Source: Octopus vulgaris (taxonomy: Eukaryota). From it: 64,000 bases of DNA. Made by a program: the position numbers and the translations under genes. The DNA lies in the NCBI GenBank assembly GCA_951406725.2, contig OX597815.1, forward strand, positions 24,056,001 to 24,120,000. Direction: 5' to 3'. Positions 53,801 to 64,000 of the stretch are shown here, one piece after another; position 1 is the stretch's first letter; each line of letters begins with the position of its first letter. Under the pieces are notes generated by a model that saw only the letters and a list, made by a program, of their open reading frames with translations, made no database searches and was not told where the DNA came from.

Positions 53801-54503
53801 CTATCTAAAAGCTCAATGGCCTACAAATAAATTTGAATTTTTTAATTTTTTTTTTTAGAAAAAGTTACCAGGTCCACAGTGAACATTTCAGTGGCCTATT
53901 TGTGGGCCAACAGCCCTCCCGTTACCGACCTCTCGTTTCGACAGAAGTACAGTGGAGGAAAAGTGATGCCCACTCTCCTTGCATGTTTACCGAATCTGGT
54001 GATGTCGATTCAATCGAAATTTAGCTCCGATTTTTGTAAATTAATGTCTGTATGGAAAACGTAACTAGAGAATGGACCTCAGAGGAACCTTGATTTGTGG
54101 AGGAAAAACTGCGCAAAATTTTTAGTGGCGAGACAAAACCGGGATGACATGAGGGAGAGCTACTTATCCATTGGTTGAGCCTGGGTAGAAATAGTGAGCA
54201 GATATGCAGTTGAAATGAGAAGTCGCTGAAATACGAGAAAAACAGAAAAGACAGAAGAAACAGTGTATTTGAGCGATTGAGTTAGCATCATAGTGAGTGA
54301 GTCTTTGCCAATCCTTGACTTTTTTATTAGGAATTCTGACACTGTGTGAATTATTAAGGTTTCTCTGGAGAATTGTGTCGCCTGAGCATACGGACAATTA
54401 TGTTCGTATTATTCCTCCGCCCTATAACATACAACGAGAAACATTAAGGACAACAAAGCTTAATTCATTAATAAACATATCTATTAGTATAATTATACAA
54501 TAC

Positions 54504-54550
54504 TAGCAGAGATACCCGGCGTTGTTCGGGATTAAAATGGCATAGTTTGT
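54504..54550 (-). mobile_element. Helitron 3' terminus fragment
   Basis: Hairpin CCCGAACAACGCCGGG followed by CTAG. Confidence 0.6.
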
Positions 54551-54579
54551 CTATATATATATATATATATATATTATAG

Positions 54580-55055
54580 TTATGTTGAAACACGTGATAC
54601 AGGAAAGTGCAGCATTGACGACAAAACATAGCCCAGATATTGTATCCTTTCCAGAACTCTTTTTAAGTTGAGGTCATCTTGTTTATCAGTTGCCTTGAAA
54701 GCATGTTTAATAAATTTCGTCATGTGATGTTGTTGGTGGATGATATTATTGTTTAAGATTTCGATAAATTTCAACTGAGATAAATTTGGATGCAAAATAC
54801 CATCTTAATTTCAGGATAAAGAACCATTATAGAAAACCAATAACGAATTGAATAATAAATTATTCCTTGCACAATAATCTTTAGCTGCGGGAACAAGATG
54901 AATAGCAAGCCAATCTTGAAATATAATTGCAATAACCAAGATTTTTTGTTTGCTTTCCAAATAATTGGTAACATTTCTTTATATTTCCCTTTCGAATCTC
55001 TGGGGTTTTGCAAGTGAGGGACAAGCACTAGTTTCAGTTTAAAGTCACCAGAGCT
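54580..55055 (-). mobile_element. pogo/Tigger DDE transposase fragment
   Basis: SGDFKLK...NPR...LPIIWKANKKSW...FQDW...LVP..KDYC. Confidence 0.8.
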
Positions 55056-55059
55056 AGAT

Positions 55060-57060
55060 TTTTCATCTTCATGTTCGGGAGGAACTCTCCTGGCACTGTA
55101 AAAGGGGCACCATACACCATTTCCGCAGAAGAAGTGTTGAAATTTTCCTTTGGGGAGGGGCGAATTCCCAGCATCACCTATGGAAGCTGATCAATCCAAT
55201 CGGGCCCGTTAAGTCTGTTTATCAGGCAGCGGTGAAATCTCTCCACTAACCTGTTGGCCTGTGGATGGTCGGTTGTTGTGCGCTTCATTGTTATTCCAAA
55301 AAGGTCACACATGTCATTCCACAGCTTTCAGGTGAATTGTGGACCCCGATCGGATGAGATGCTGTCTGGAACACCGAAACGGGCAACCCAGTATGTGACG
55401 AAGGCTCGGCTGACTTCTTGTGTTTCCGTGCTACGGAGAGGGATAGATTCAGGTCAACGAGTGTAGCGGTCTACCAAGGTCAGTAGGTACGAGCAACCTG
55501 TGAAGGTGGTAGGGGACCGACAAGTTCAATGTTGACGTGGCTGAAATGGGCCTCATAGCCTTTTCCCTGAACTTTGTGCGGTAGAAGCACAGGTTGTCTT
55601 GCTTGACTCTACCATGTCTTGGGGCCGACGCTATGGCATTGACCATAACACCTCTAGATAAAAAATGTTTGTCGGCTGTTTTCGCTAACTGCCGTAGAAC
55701 CTTGATCTCGGTCTGAGTTGTGAGGGCCTGAACCTGGGATGGTAACTTGCGGAAGAATATTTCCCTAAACAAAAAGGAAGGTGACTCACCGGGGGAAACT
55801 AATACCAGCATCTTGTCCATCAACTCCGAAGGCTTGGAATCGCCTAATTCTTCCTCCGGTATCTTGGCTGCCGCTTCTTGGTCGCTCCACTGGAATGTAT
55901 CCACCAGCTTGTCTTTATAACGTGGTGTATTTGTGCGTTGTTGGGGTTTGGATTAAAATGTCCTGTACCCTCGTTGTCATGTCCTCATCTTGTGCCGCTA
56001 CTACGTACGAATATTTCGTTAGGTCTGAAGTTATTTTGCGTATGTTAAATTGCGCCTTCGCCTGCGCGAACGATAGCTCAACCCATTTCGGCCAGAATTG
56101 TGGTAGATTCAGAGCTGTTGTGTAATCGCTTGTCATGTTTCTTTGATGTTCTATTTACTCCCATGTGCGAAGCGAAAGCTATTGTTCTTCTGTAGGGTCA
56201 CCAGCTATAGCTTTAGTTAAGCTATACACAAAAAATCCAGAATGTGTTAGTGAAAGATTTGGATCTTTTCGGTTTGAACGGCAGTTTTTTTCTAGCGGTG
56301 TCATATGAAATTGTCACCCATAATTATGACCCTAGTATCGATCTATTGCATTTCAATTTGTTTTAGGGTTAGGGTTAGGGTTAGGGTTAGGGGTGGGGAG
56401 AAGGGTATCTTCTTTTCTTCAGAAATGTAAATAAACCCAATCTGTTTCTTAAACGAGGGACATATTCATACGGCACAGGATGTTTTTTGTGAGTGAATTT
56501 GTGAAGACAGAGGATCTTTTCGTTTTGAACAGCAGTTTTTTCTAGCGGTGTCATATGAAATTGTCACCCATAATTATGACCCTAGTATCGATCTATTGCA
56601 TTTCAATCTGTTTTAGGGTTAGGGTTAGAGTTAGGGTTGGTTTGGGTTAGTTAGGGTTAGGGTTAGGAGTGGGGGGAAGAGTTTCTTTTTTTCTTCACAA
56701 ATGTAAATAAACCCAATCTGTTTCTTAAACGAGGGACATATTCATACGGCACAGGATGTTTTTCTTTACCTCAATGGACGTCATTGATTGGTTGAAATTG
56801 CAGAAATTGAAGAAAAAAAACAACAAATATCTTACAAACTATAGAATTTTCTTAATAAAGCCAAGAGAAGATGTTTTATAAACGCATTCTACCAGTATAC
56901 GAAGTTTAAAAGTGTTTAGTTACCTAGAAATTATGTTAAAAACTGCCGTTCGAACCGAAAAGATCCAAAGATTTATTTAGTGGAACACATGAGAGCGACA
57001 GCCGCCAGTCAACTCCTGCTTCATGTAAGCCCGCTTAACCGGAAGTCCACTACGCCGCAG
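55060..57060 (-). mobile_element. Internally deleted Ty3/Gypsy element (LTR, PBS, gag, integrase)
   Basis: PBS TGGTGACCC ending near 56195-56203; gag LPQFW...AQF..RKITSD.TKY.YVV and LGDSKPSEL; integrase VDRYTR, WVARFGVP, SDRGPQFT, HPQAN.LVERFHR. Confidence 0.88.
56261..56966 (+). mobile_element. TTAGGG-carrying DNA transposon, composite copy inside the Gypsy LTR region
   Basis: Left ends at 56261 and 56512, one right end; perfect 8 bp TSD AAAGATTT. Confidence 0.88.
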
Positions 57061-57199
57061 ACCAACTGCCTAGCTAGCCTGCAGCAAAGTTCCTGTCTAT
57101 AGCTCGTCTGTCATAAATCCTTGAGCAAATCCCTACATATGTATGTACGTGTATGTATGAATATATGTATGTGTGTGTGCGTGTGTGTGTGTGTGTGTG

Positions 57200-57562
57200 C
57201 AGAGAGAGTAGAGAGAGAGAAAGAGAGAGAGGGGAGAGAGAGAAGGAGAAAGAGAAAGAGAGAGAGAGGGGGAGAGAGAGAAGGAGAAAGAGAAAGAGAG
57301 AGAAGGAGAGAGAGAGAAGGAGAAAGAGAAAGAGAGAGAGAGGAGGAGAGAGAGAAGGAGAAAGAGAAAGAGAGAGAGAGAGAGAAGGAGAAAGAGAAGG
57401 AGAAAGAGAAGGAGAAAGAGAAGGAGAAAGAGAAGGAGAAAGAGAAGGAGAAAGAGAAGGAGAAAGAGAAGGAGAGAGAGAGAGAAGGAGAGAGAGGGAG
57501 AAGGAGAGAGAGGGAGAGAGAGAAGGAGAGAGAGAATAAGAGAGAAAGAGAGAGAGAGAGAG
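57200..57562. repeat. Polypurine tract with (GAGAAGGAGAAA)n
   Basis: Directly visible. Confidence 0.9.
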
Positions 57563-58367
57563 TTTCAAATACTAAAATTCTCTTTAAAAGCTGTTTTTGT
57601 ATGATGGCGCCGTGCTGTGAATAACCGTCAGGGCGTCGGTTTGTTTACAAACAAAAGAGCGAAAGAGAAAAAAAAACTCGCCAACAAGGATATCACGCTC
57701 TCCTGTGGATTTCAACCCATAGTGACAATATTCTGCGCACGTAAACGATTTACTGTTTATTAATTTTCGCCAATAAATTATTCTTCTATTCAAGCCTATT
57801 TTTAGGCAAAGCTACAATTAATAAAAGCAATGTTCGCATACAATGTATTATTATTGGAGCATTTTATGGCACGTGCCCTTAAAAATTAGGTGAGAATGTT
57901 TTTTTTTTTAATTTCCAAAGTCTAATGGAATTCAGTAAAAAAAAATGTACTGATGTCCGAATATTTAGAGGTGTCTATATATATTTGAATTATGTTTTAT
58001 AATTGCGTACATAAAGTCCCAAAGTAAGATGAATAACGGTAGCATAGCTGGGAAGTGAGGGCGCTCAACCCCGGGCGAGGTTTGTTGGCTGAGGAGCAAC
58101 CGAGGAAGCGTTTTGTGGGTGCAGCATTTCAGGTCAACTGTATAAGCCTGTTCAAGTTAGGAGGCCTGGGAAAAGGAACATATTTGAGGGATACCGCTCT
58201 AGCTTAGTAAGCAAGGAATATGATAGCCGAATGGACGAACCGACGATTTTATAGCACTGCTTGTGCAATCATGCATACGTAAGTACATACATTCATACAT
58301 ACATACATACATACATGCATACATACATACATACATACATACATACATACATACATACATACATACA

Positions 58368-58399
<32 letters not shown>

Positions 58400-58490
58400 C
58401 ATACATACATACATACATACATACATACATACATACATACATACATACATACATACATACATACATACATGCATGCATGCATGCATGTAC

Positions 58491-58539
<49 letters not shown>

Positions 58540-58599
58540 CATACATGCATGCATGCATACATACATACATACATACATACATACATTGTATTGTTTCTT

Positions 58600-58817
58600 A
58601 TTTCTTTACTGCCCACAAGGGGCTACACAGAGAGGGGACAAACGGATTAAGTCGATTATATCGACCCCAGTGCGTCACTGGTACTTATTTAATAGACCCC
58701 GAAAGGATGAAAGGCAAAGTCGACCTTGGCGGAATTTGAACTCAGAACGTAGCGGCAGACGAAATGCGGCTAAGCTTTTCACCCGGCGTGCTAACGTTTC
58801 TGTCAGCTCGCCGCCTT
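58600..58817 (-). mobile_element. SINE family A
   Basis: Head, core and tail. Confidence 0.88.
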
Positions 58818-58829
58818 ATTACATTATTG

Positions 58830-59445
58830 TTTCGTTCGTCCGTCACTGTCGACAATGACCGAGGGCATGACATGGTAGAGGAAAACGGGGTACGATGTGT
58901 CGGGCTGTGACCAATCAGTCCAATGTCAGATCGGAAGATTCTGCCGCAGGTTGGGCACAGGTAAGTCTGCATTGACTGAAGATATTGAGTTGCGTTTGGA
59001 CTTACGCAGTTCGCGTTTTCTTTGTGCTCCTGAAATTTTGTTCGTACGATATGGTACCTCAGCTGATACTGCGTCGCTAGGCAGGGCGGTCTTGCGCTTG
59101 TGTTTCCCAGGTGTCGAGGTTGATCTTAAAGCTCTTTAATGAGGCTTTGAGTGAATCCTTGAAGTGTTTTTTCAGTTCACTTTGTGTGCGCTTGGGTCTA
59201 GCCTGTTCGCTGTAAAACAGTCTCTCTGAGTGGCATGTATCACTCATTCGAACATCGTTACCTGCTCACCTGACTTGGCTCTCCTCAGCAGTGTGTAGAT
59301 TATTGGCAGATCAGCGTGAGAGAGGACCTCTGTGTCTAGGACCTTGTCTTTGTCAGGTGATTTTCAACAGCTTTTTCAGGGAGTTCATGTGGAAAGGAAT
59401 TTAGCTTTTTGGCGTGGCGTTCATAAAGCGGATCATAGTTTGGTT
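58830..59445 (-). mobile_element. RTE-clade LINE 3' end
   Basis: FKDSLK and the C-terminal finger CPTCGRIFRS.IGLIGH...H. Confidence 0.8.
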
Positions 59446-59851
59446 CATACATACATACATACATACATACATACATACATACATACATACATACATACAT
59501 ACATACATACATACATACATACATACATACATACATACATACAAACATACATAAATGCATGCATACATACATACAAGCATACATACATACATACATACAT
59601 ACATACATACATACATACATACATACATACATACATACACGACTACGAAGCTGATACCCATATCCAACGATTAAGCCTTGATTCTGGGTTCGAATCTCAC
59701 TCCTTTTTAATTGGTGAGGAATTTGGGAAATAAAACTATAAAGATATCCATCTATCATCCAAACAGAAAGACAGGCAGACGGACGGACGAATGGATGGAA
59801 AGTGCGCGTATGTGTGTCTGCGAGCGTGAGTGTGTGTATGTGTGTATGTGT

Positions 59852-59914
<63 letters not shown>

Positions 59915-60454
59915 TGTGTGTGTGTGGCTTTGCTTGTGTAGCACACTCATGTCTATCTGCAGATAGTATTAAGAATATTTAATGAACAAAAATAAAACGT
60001 CAGCTCAATTAGCAGGTTTTAATAAAATGAAAGCACTTCAATTGAATCCGAAGTCGAAACAAATGGTATGAAATATGTTAATTGGATGGACACAATAGTT
60101 TAGTTTTGGAGAGTAATCGTAGGTGTATTGAAGATATATCAAAGAAGATTATATTACCGTGAACAAAGATATATAACAAATCTAAGGTTTATAAACACAC
60201 GCATACACATTTTGCTATCAGTGCGAAAGTCTGATATTTAATGTAAAATAATAATAATCAATTAGAAGTCTGTGTAATTGTACACGTGTTTTAAATGACA
60301 CTAGTTCGAGGAAATGGATTCAGTTTCAACATGCAATCTCATATCATGCATGTATGTATGTATGTATGTATGTATGTATGTATGTATGTATGTATGTATG
60401 TATGTATGTATGTATGTATGTATGTATGTATGTATGTATGTATGTATGTGTGTA

Positions 60455-60485
<31 letters not shown>

Positions 60486-60532
60486 ATGTATGTATGTATG
60501 TGTGTGTATATGTATGTATGTATGTGTGTGTG

Positions 60533-60563
<31 letters not shown>

Positions 60564-60711
60564 GTGTGTATATGTATGTATGTATGTATGTATGTGTGTG
60601 TATGTGTGTATGTATGTATGTATGTATGTATGTATGTATGTATGTATGTGTATATGTATGTATGTATGTATGTGTGTGTGTGTATGTGTGTATGTATGTA
60701 TGTATGTATGC

Positions 60712-60744
<33 letters not shown>

Positions 60745-60864
60745 TGTATGTATGTATGATGTATGTATGTATGTATGAGTTTATGTATGTATGTATGTAT
60801 GTTTGTATGTATGTATGTATGTATGTATGTATGTATATATGTATGTATGTATGTATGAATGTAT

Positions 60865-61200
60865 GTATAGTTTAGTGGTTAGAGCGTCGAGCTCACAATC
60901 ATGACTTAGTGAGTTGGATTCCCGGACCAGGCTGCGTGTTGTGTTCTTTAGCAAGACACTTTATTTCATGTTGCTCCAGTTCACTCAGCTGCAGAAATGA
61001 GTTGCGACGTCACTGGTGCCTAGCTGTACCAACCTTTGACTTTCCCTTGGATAACATCGATGGAGTGGAGATGAAAGTCTGGTGTGCATGGGCGACTACT
61101 GGTCTTCCATAAACAACCGTGTCCGGACTTGTGCCTTGGAGGGGAATTTTCTAGGTGCAATTCCATGGTCATTTGTGAAGGAAGGGGATCCATTCTCCTT
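60865..61200 (+). mobile_element. tRNA-derived SINE
   Basis: TAGTGGTTAGAGC head and GTTGTGTTCTTTAGCAAGACACTT core. Confidence 0.65.
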
Positions 61201-61391
61201 CTTTATGTATGTATGTATGTATGTATGTATGTATGTATGTATGTATGTATGTATGTATGTATGTATGTATGTATGTATGTATGTATGTATGTATGTATGT
61301 ATGTATGTATGTATGTATGTATGTATGTATGTATGTATGTATGTATGTATGTATGTATGTATGTATGTATGTATGTATGTATGTATGTATG

Positions 61392-61422
<31 letters not shown>

Positions 61423-61429
61423 GTATGTA

Positions 61430-61890
61430 TGGCGTGGATGGTGGCATTATTGTTGAACTAGTTCAGAAAGATGATGATAAGATACTGGGTTTTTATCTCC
61501 CATATTTCACAGTGTGGACGAGATTCGAAACCGCATAAGAGTTGAAAGATACCATTCTCGTCTCTTTGATTAAGAAAACACTCAAAGACGTGGTATCTAT
61601 CGTGGGCTCTCCTTGTTGTCAGTTGTTGGCAAAATCTTCACAGGGATACTTCTCAGTCGGTTGCTGGACCATGTTGCATTAGACATTCTGCCTGAGTGAC
61701 ATGTGGCTTTCGGTCAAATAAGCATACAAATGGTATAAGTTTTTAAAAACCCGATAGGCCCATGAGAAGTATAGAGGACAACAACTTTATTTGTGCCAGT
61801 TTTCATCAATCTTACGAAGGCCTTTGACACTATACATAGGCCAACACTCTTTGGGGGTGTCCTACTTAAACTGGGGTAACAAATGGAGGA
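61430..61890 (+). mobile_element. RTE-clade LINE RT fragment
   Basis: YRGLSLLSVVGKIF..ILLSRL, ILPE, FINLTKAFDTI.R. Confidence 0.8.
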
Positions 61891-61927
61891 ACAACAAAAC
61901 TGACTTTGGTGGGACTTCAAAAATACC

Positions 61928-62156
61928 TATTTCTTTACTACCCACAAGGGGCTAAACACAGAGAGGACAAACAAGGACAGACAAACGGATTAAGTCGATT
62001 ATATCGACCCCAGTGCGTAACTGGTACTTATTTAATCGACCCCGAAAGGATGAAAGTAGACCTCGGCGGAATTTGAACTCAGAACGTAGCGGCAGACGAA
62101 ATACCGCTAAGCATTTCGCCCGGCGTGCTAACGTTTCTGCCACCTCACCGCCTTGA
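61928..62156 (-). mobile_element. SINE family A, full length
   Basis: 16 bp TSD GGACTTCAAAAATACC (61912-61927 and 62157-62172). Confidence 0.92.
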
Positions 62157-62875
62157 GGACTTCAAAAATACCAACAGTATAACGATTGTGTCAGTTCGCA
62201 AAGTGGAGAGGGAGGCTACATGTATGTTTATGTATGTAAGTATGCACGTATGTATGCATGCATACATGTGTGCATATGTGCATGTAGGCCTAAAAATATA
62301 TACGCACAGCTGTACGCACGTACGTGTGTATGTTTGTGTGTATGTATTTAGGTATATACATACTTACAGACAGACAAAAACACGCATATTAAGAAACTAG
62401 ACTCTTTTGAAAGCAGATACATCTGAGAGATGCTTGACGTCAAACTACAGGACATAGTGTATATATTAAGTGGCCACAGAGAGAAGTTTAAAGAGCACCA
62501 TGTGTCCATCTGCAAACGGTCTCTGTTGGATAAGTCATCTCCTCCGTGTCTGTCAACCAATGTTTGGAATAGAATTTCTAGCAGGTCAGTTGAAGAGAGA
62601 ACAAACCGAGATCAAGAGGAATCTGTGCCTGATCAACAGATGCTGTAACGATACTACAAAACTGACGAAGATTGTTAATCGGTTGCGCACTCTGGCCTTC
62701 TCCGATAAATCTTTCTTATTTGAATCGCAGCCTGTCGCTTAGTGGCCCTTGAGATCATATGGATAAGGTAGTCAAAGCTCATTTTGCAACAACGTGTTTT
62801 AGGGGTCAGTTACACTAAGCGGTACCGTGGGCAAGTGGCTTCTTTTATAACCCCTAGGGTACTAATACAATATAA

Positions 62876-63145
62876 TATCACCGTGATCACCGTGACCGAC
62901 CATGATATCAGATGTTGCTACACATCGCTGGTCACAATGCGCTTCGCATTGTTTTTGCTTTCAAATGACGCCATCCCGCTGGCTAAGCGAGTAGGCCAAC
63001 AGAGGAAAGAGTGAGAGAAAGTTGTGGTGAAAGAGTACAGCAGGGAGATTTAGGTGCTTTTGCTCAATAAACACACAGAACGACCGGTCTGGGGATCGAA
63101 ACCGCGATCCTACGACCGCGAGTCCACTGGGCCATTGCGCCTCCA
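62876..63145 (-). mobile_element. tRNA-derived SINE family C
   Basis: Inverted homolog of 8253-8549. Confidence 0.85.
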
Positions 63146-63624
63146 CATAATATAATATAATATAATATGTCGACGTTTGTTTGTCTTTGTAACTGTTGTT
63201 GCTTCTACCCACCACTTGATAACCGGGGTTGATCTGTAACTTAGCGCTTCGGTAAAAGGGCTGGTAAAATAAGTACCGGTAAAAGAGCCGGTAAAATAAA
63301 AACAAGCTCTGTGAGTGATTTGTTCGACTAAACCCACCATGGCCACAGTCCAGTGACTGAAACAAGTAAAAAATAAAGATAAAAGACAAAAGAAAGAGAA
63401 AGTTGCGTATGTAGATGTGTATAAGTGGTACTCCGTCGGTTACGACGACGAGTGTTCCAATTGAACCGATCAGCGGAAGAGCTTGCTCATGAAACTAACG
63501 TGCAATTGGCTAAGCACTTCTCAGACACGTGTACCCTTAACATAATTCTCAGAGAAATTCAGCGTGACACATAATGTGACAAAGTGGACCCTTTGAAACA
63601 CAGATCCTACTCAATTTAGTCAGT

Positions 63625-64000
63625 TGGACTTTTTCTGTTTGAACGGCAGTTTTTAACATAATTTCTAGGTAACTAAAACATTTTAAACTTCGTATACTGG
63701 TAGAATGTGTTTATAAAACATCTTTTACTCTTGGCTTTATTGAGAAAATTCTATAGTTTGTAAGATATTTGTTGTTTTTTTTTTTCTTCAATTTCTGCAA
63801 TTTCAACCAATCAATGGCTGTCTATTGAGGTGAAAACATTCTGTGCCGTATGAATATATCCCTCGTTTAAGAAACAGATTGGGTTTATTTACATTTCTGA
63901 AGAAAAAAAAGATACCCTTCCCCCACCCCTAACCCTAACCCTAACCCTAAAACAGATTGAAATGCAATAGATCGATACTAGGGTCATAATTATGGGTGAC
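63625..64000 (-). mobile_element. TTAGGG-carrying DNA transposon, cut by the window end
   Basis: Inverted homolog of 14040-14487 with (CCCTAA)n. Confidence 0.85.

Noticed and set aside
53850-54420. Complex sequence that could be viral or genic
   Set aside because: Only vague resemblance to a decayed CR1-like LINE; too degraded to call.
54580-55028. ORFs downstream of the Gypsy integrase as a possible env or captured gene
   Set aside because: Frame-repaired translation is a Tigger DDE transposase.
62660-62720. CTGACGA followed by a hairpin
   Set aside because: Lacks the GAAA box and stem III, so not a hammerhead.

Overview
Repeat-dense, AT-rich metazoan DNA; the SINE families and microsatellite load suggest a coleoid cephalopod such as Octopus (inference). 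I found no intact host protein-coding gene: nearly all listed ORFs are microsatellite artefacts or decayed transposon fragments. Solid calls are one intact tRNA-Arg(ACG), R4/Dong-type and RTE LINE remnants, two decayed Ty3/Gypsy elements, mariner, pogo/Tigger and Helitron relics, MITEs and several SINE families. Three things stand out. (1) A ~2.9 kb decayed frame (16730-19650) shows motifs in the order and spacing of the C-terminal half of a negative-strand RNA virus L polymerase, a candidate endogenous viral element. (2) A Gypsy RT is interrupted by a 785 bp foreign insert between two 59 bp duplicated segments, and part of this is copied in inverted orientation 3 kb away. (3) Four different type I hammerhead ribozyme motifs sit in short non-coding elements, mostly within (TA)n tracts, as expected for Penelope-like elements or retrozymes. 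All assignments come from manual translation and reading; no searches were run.
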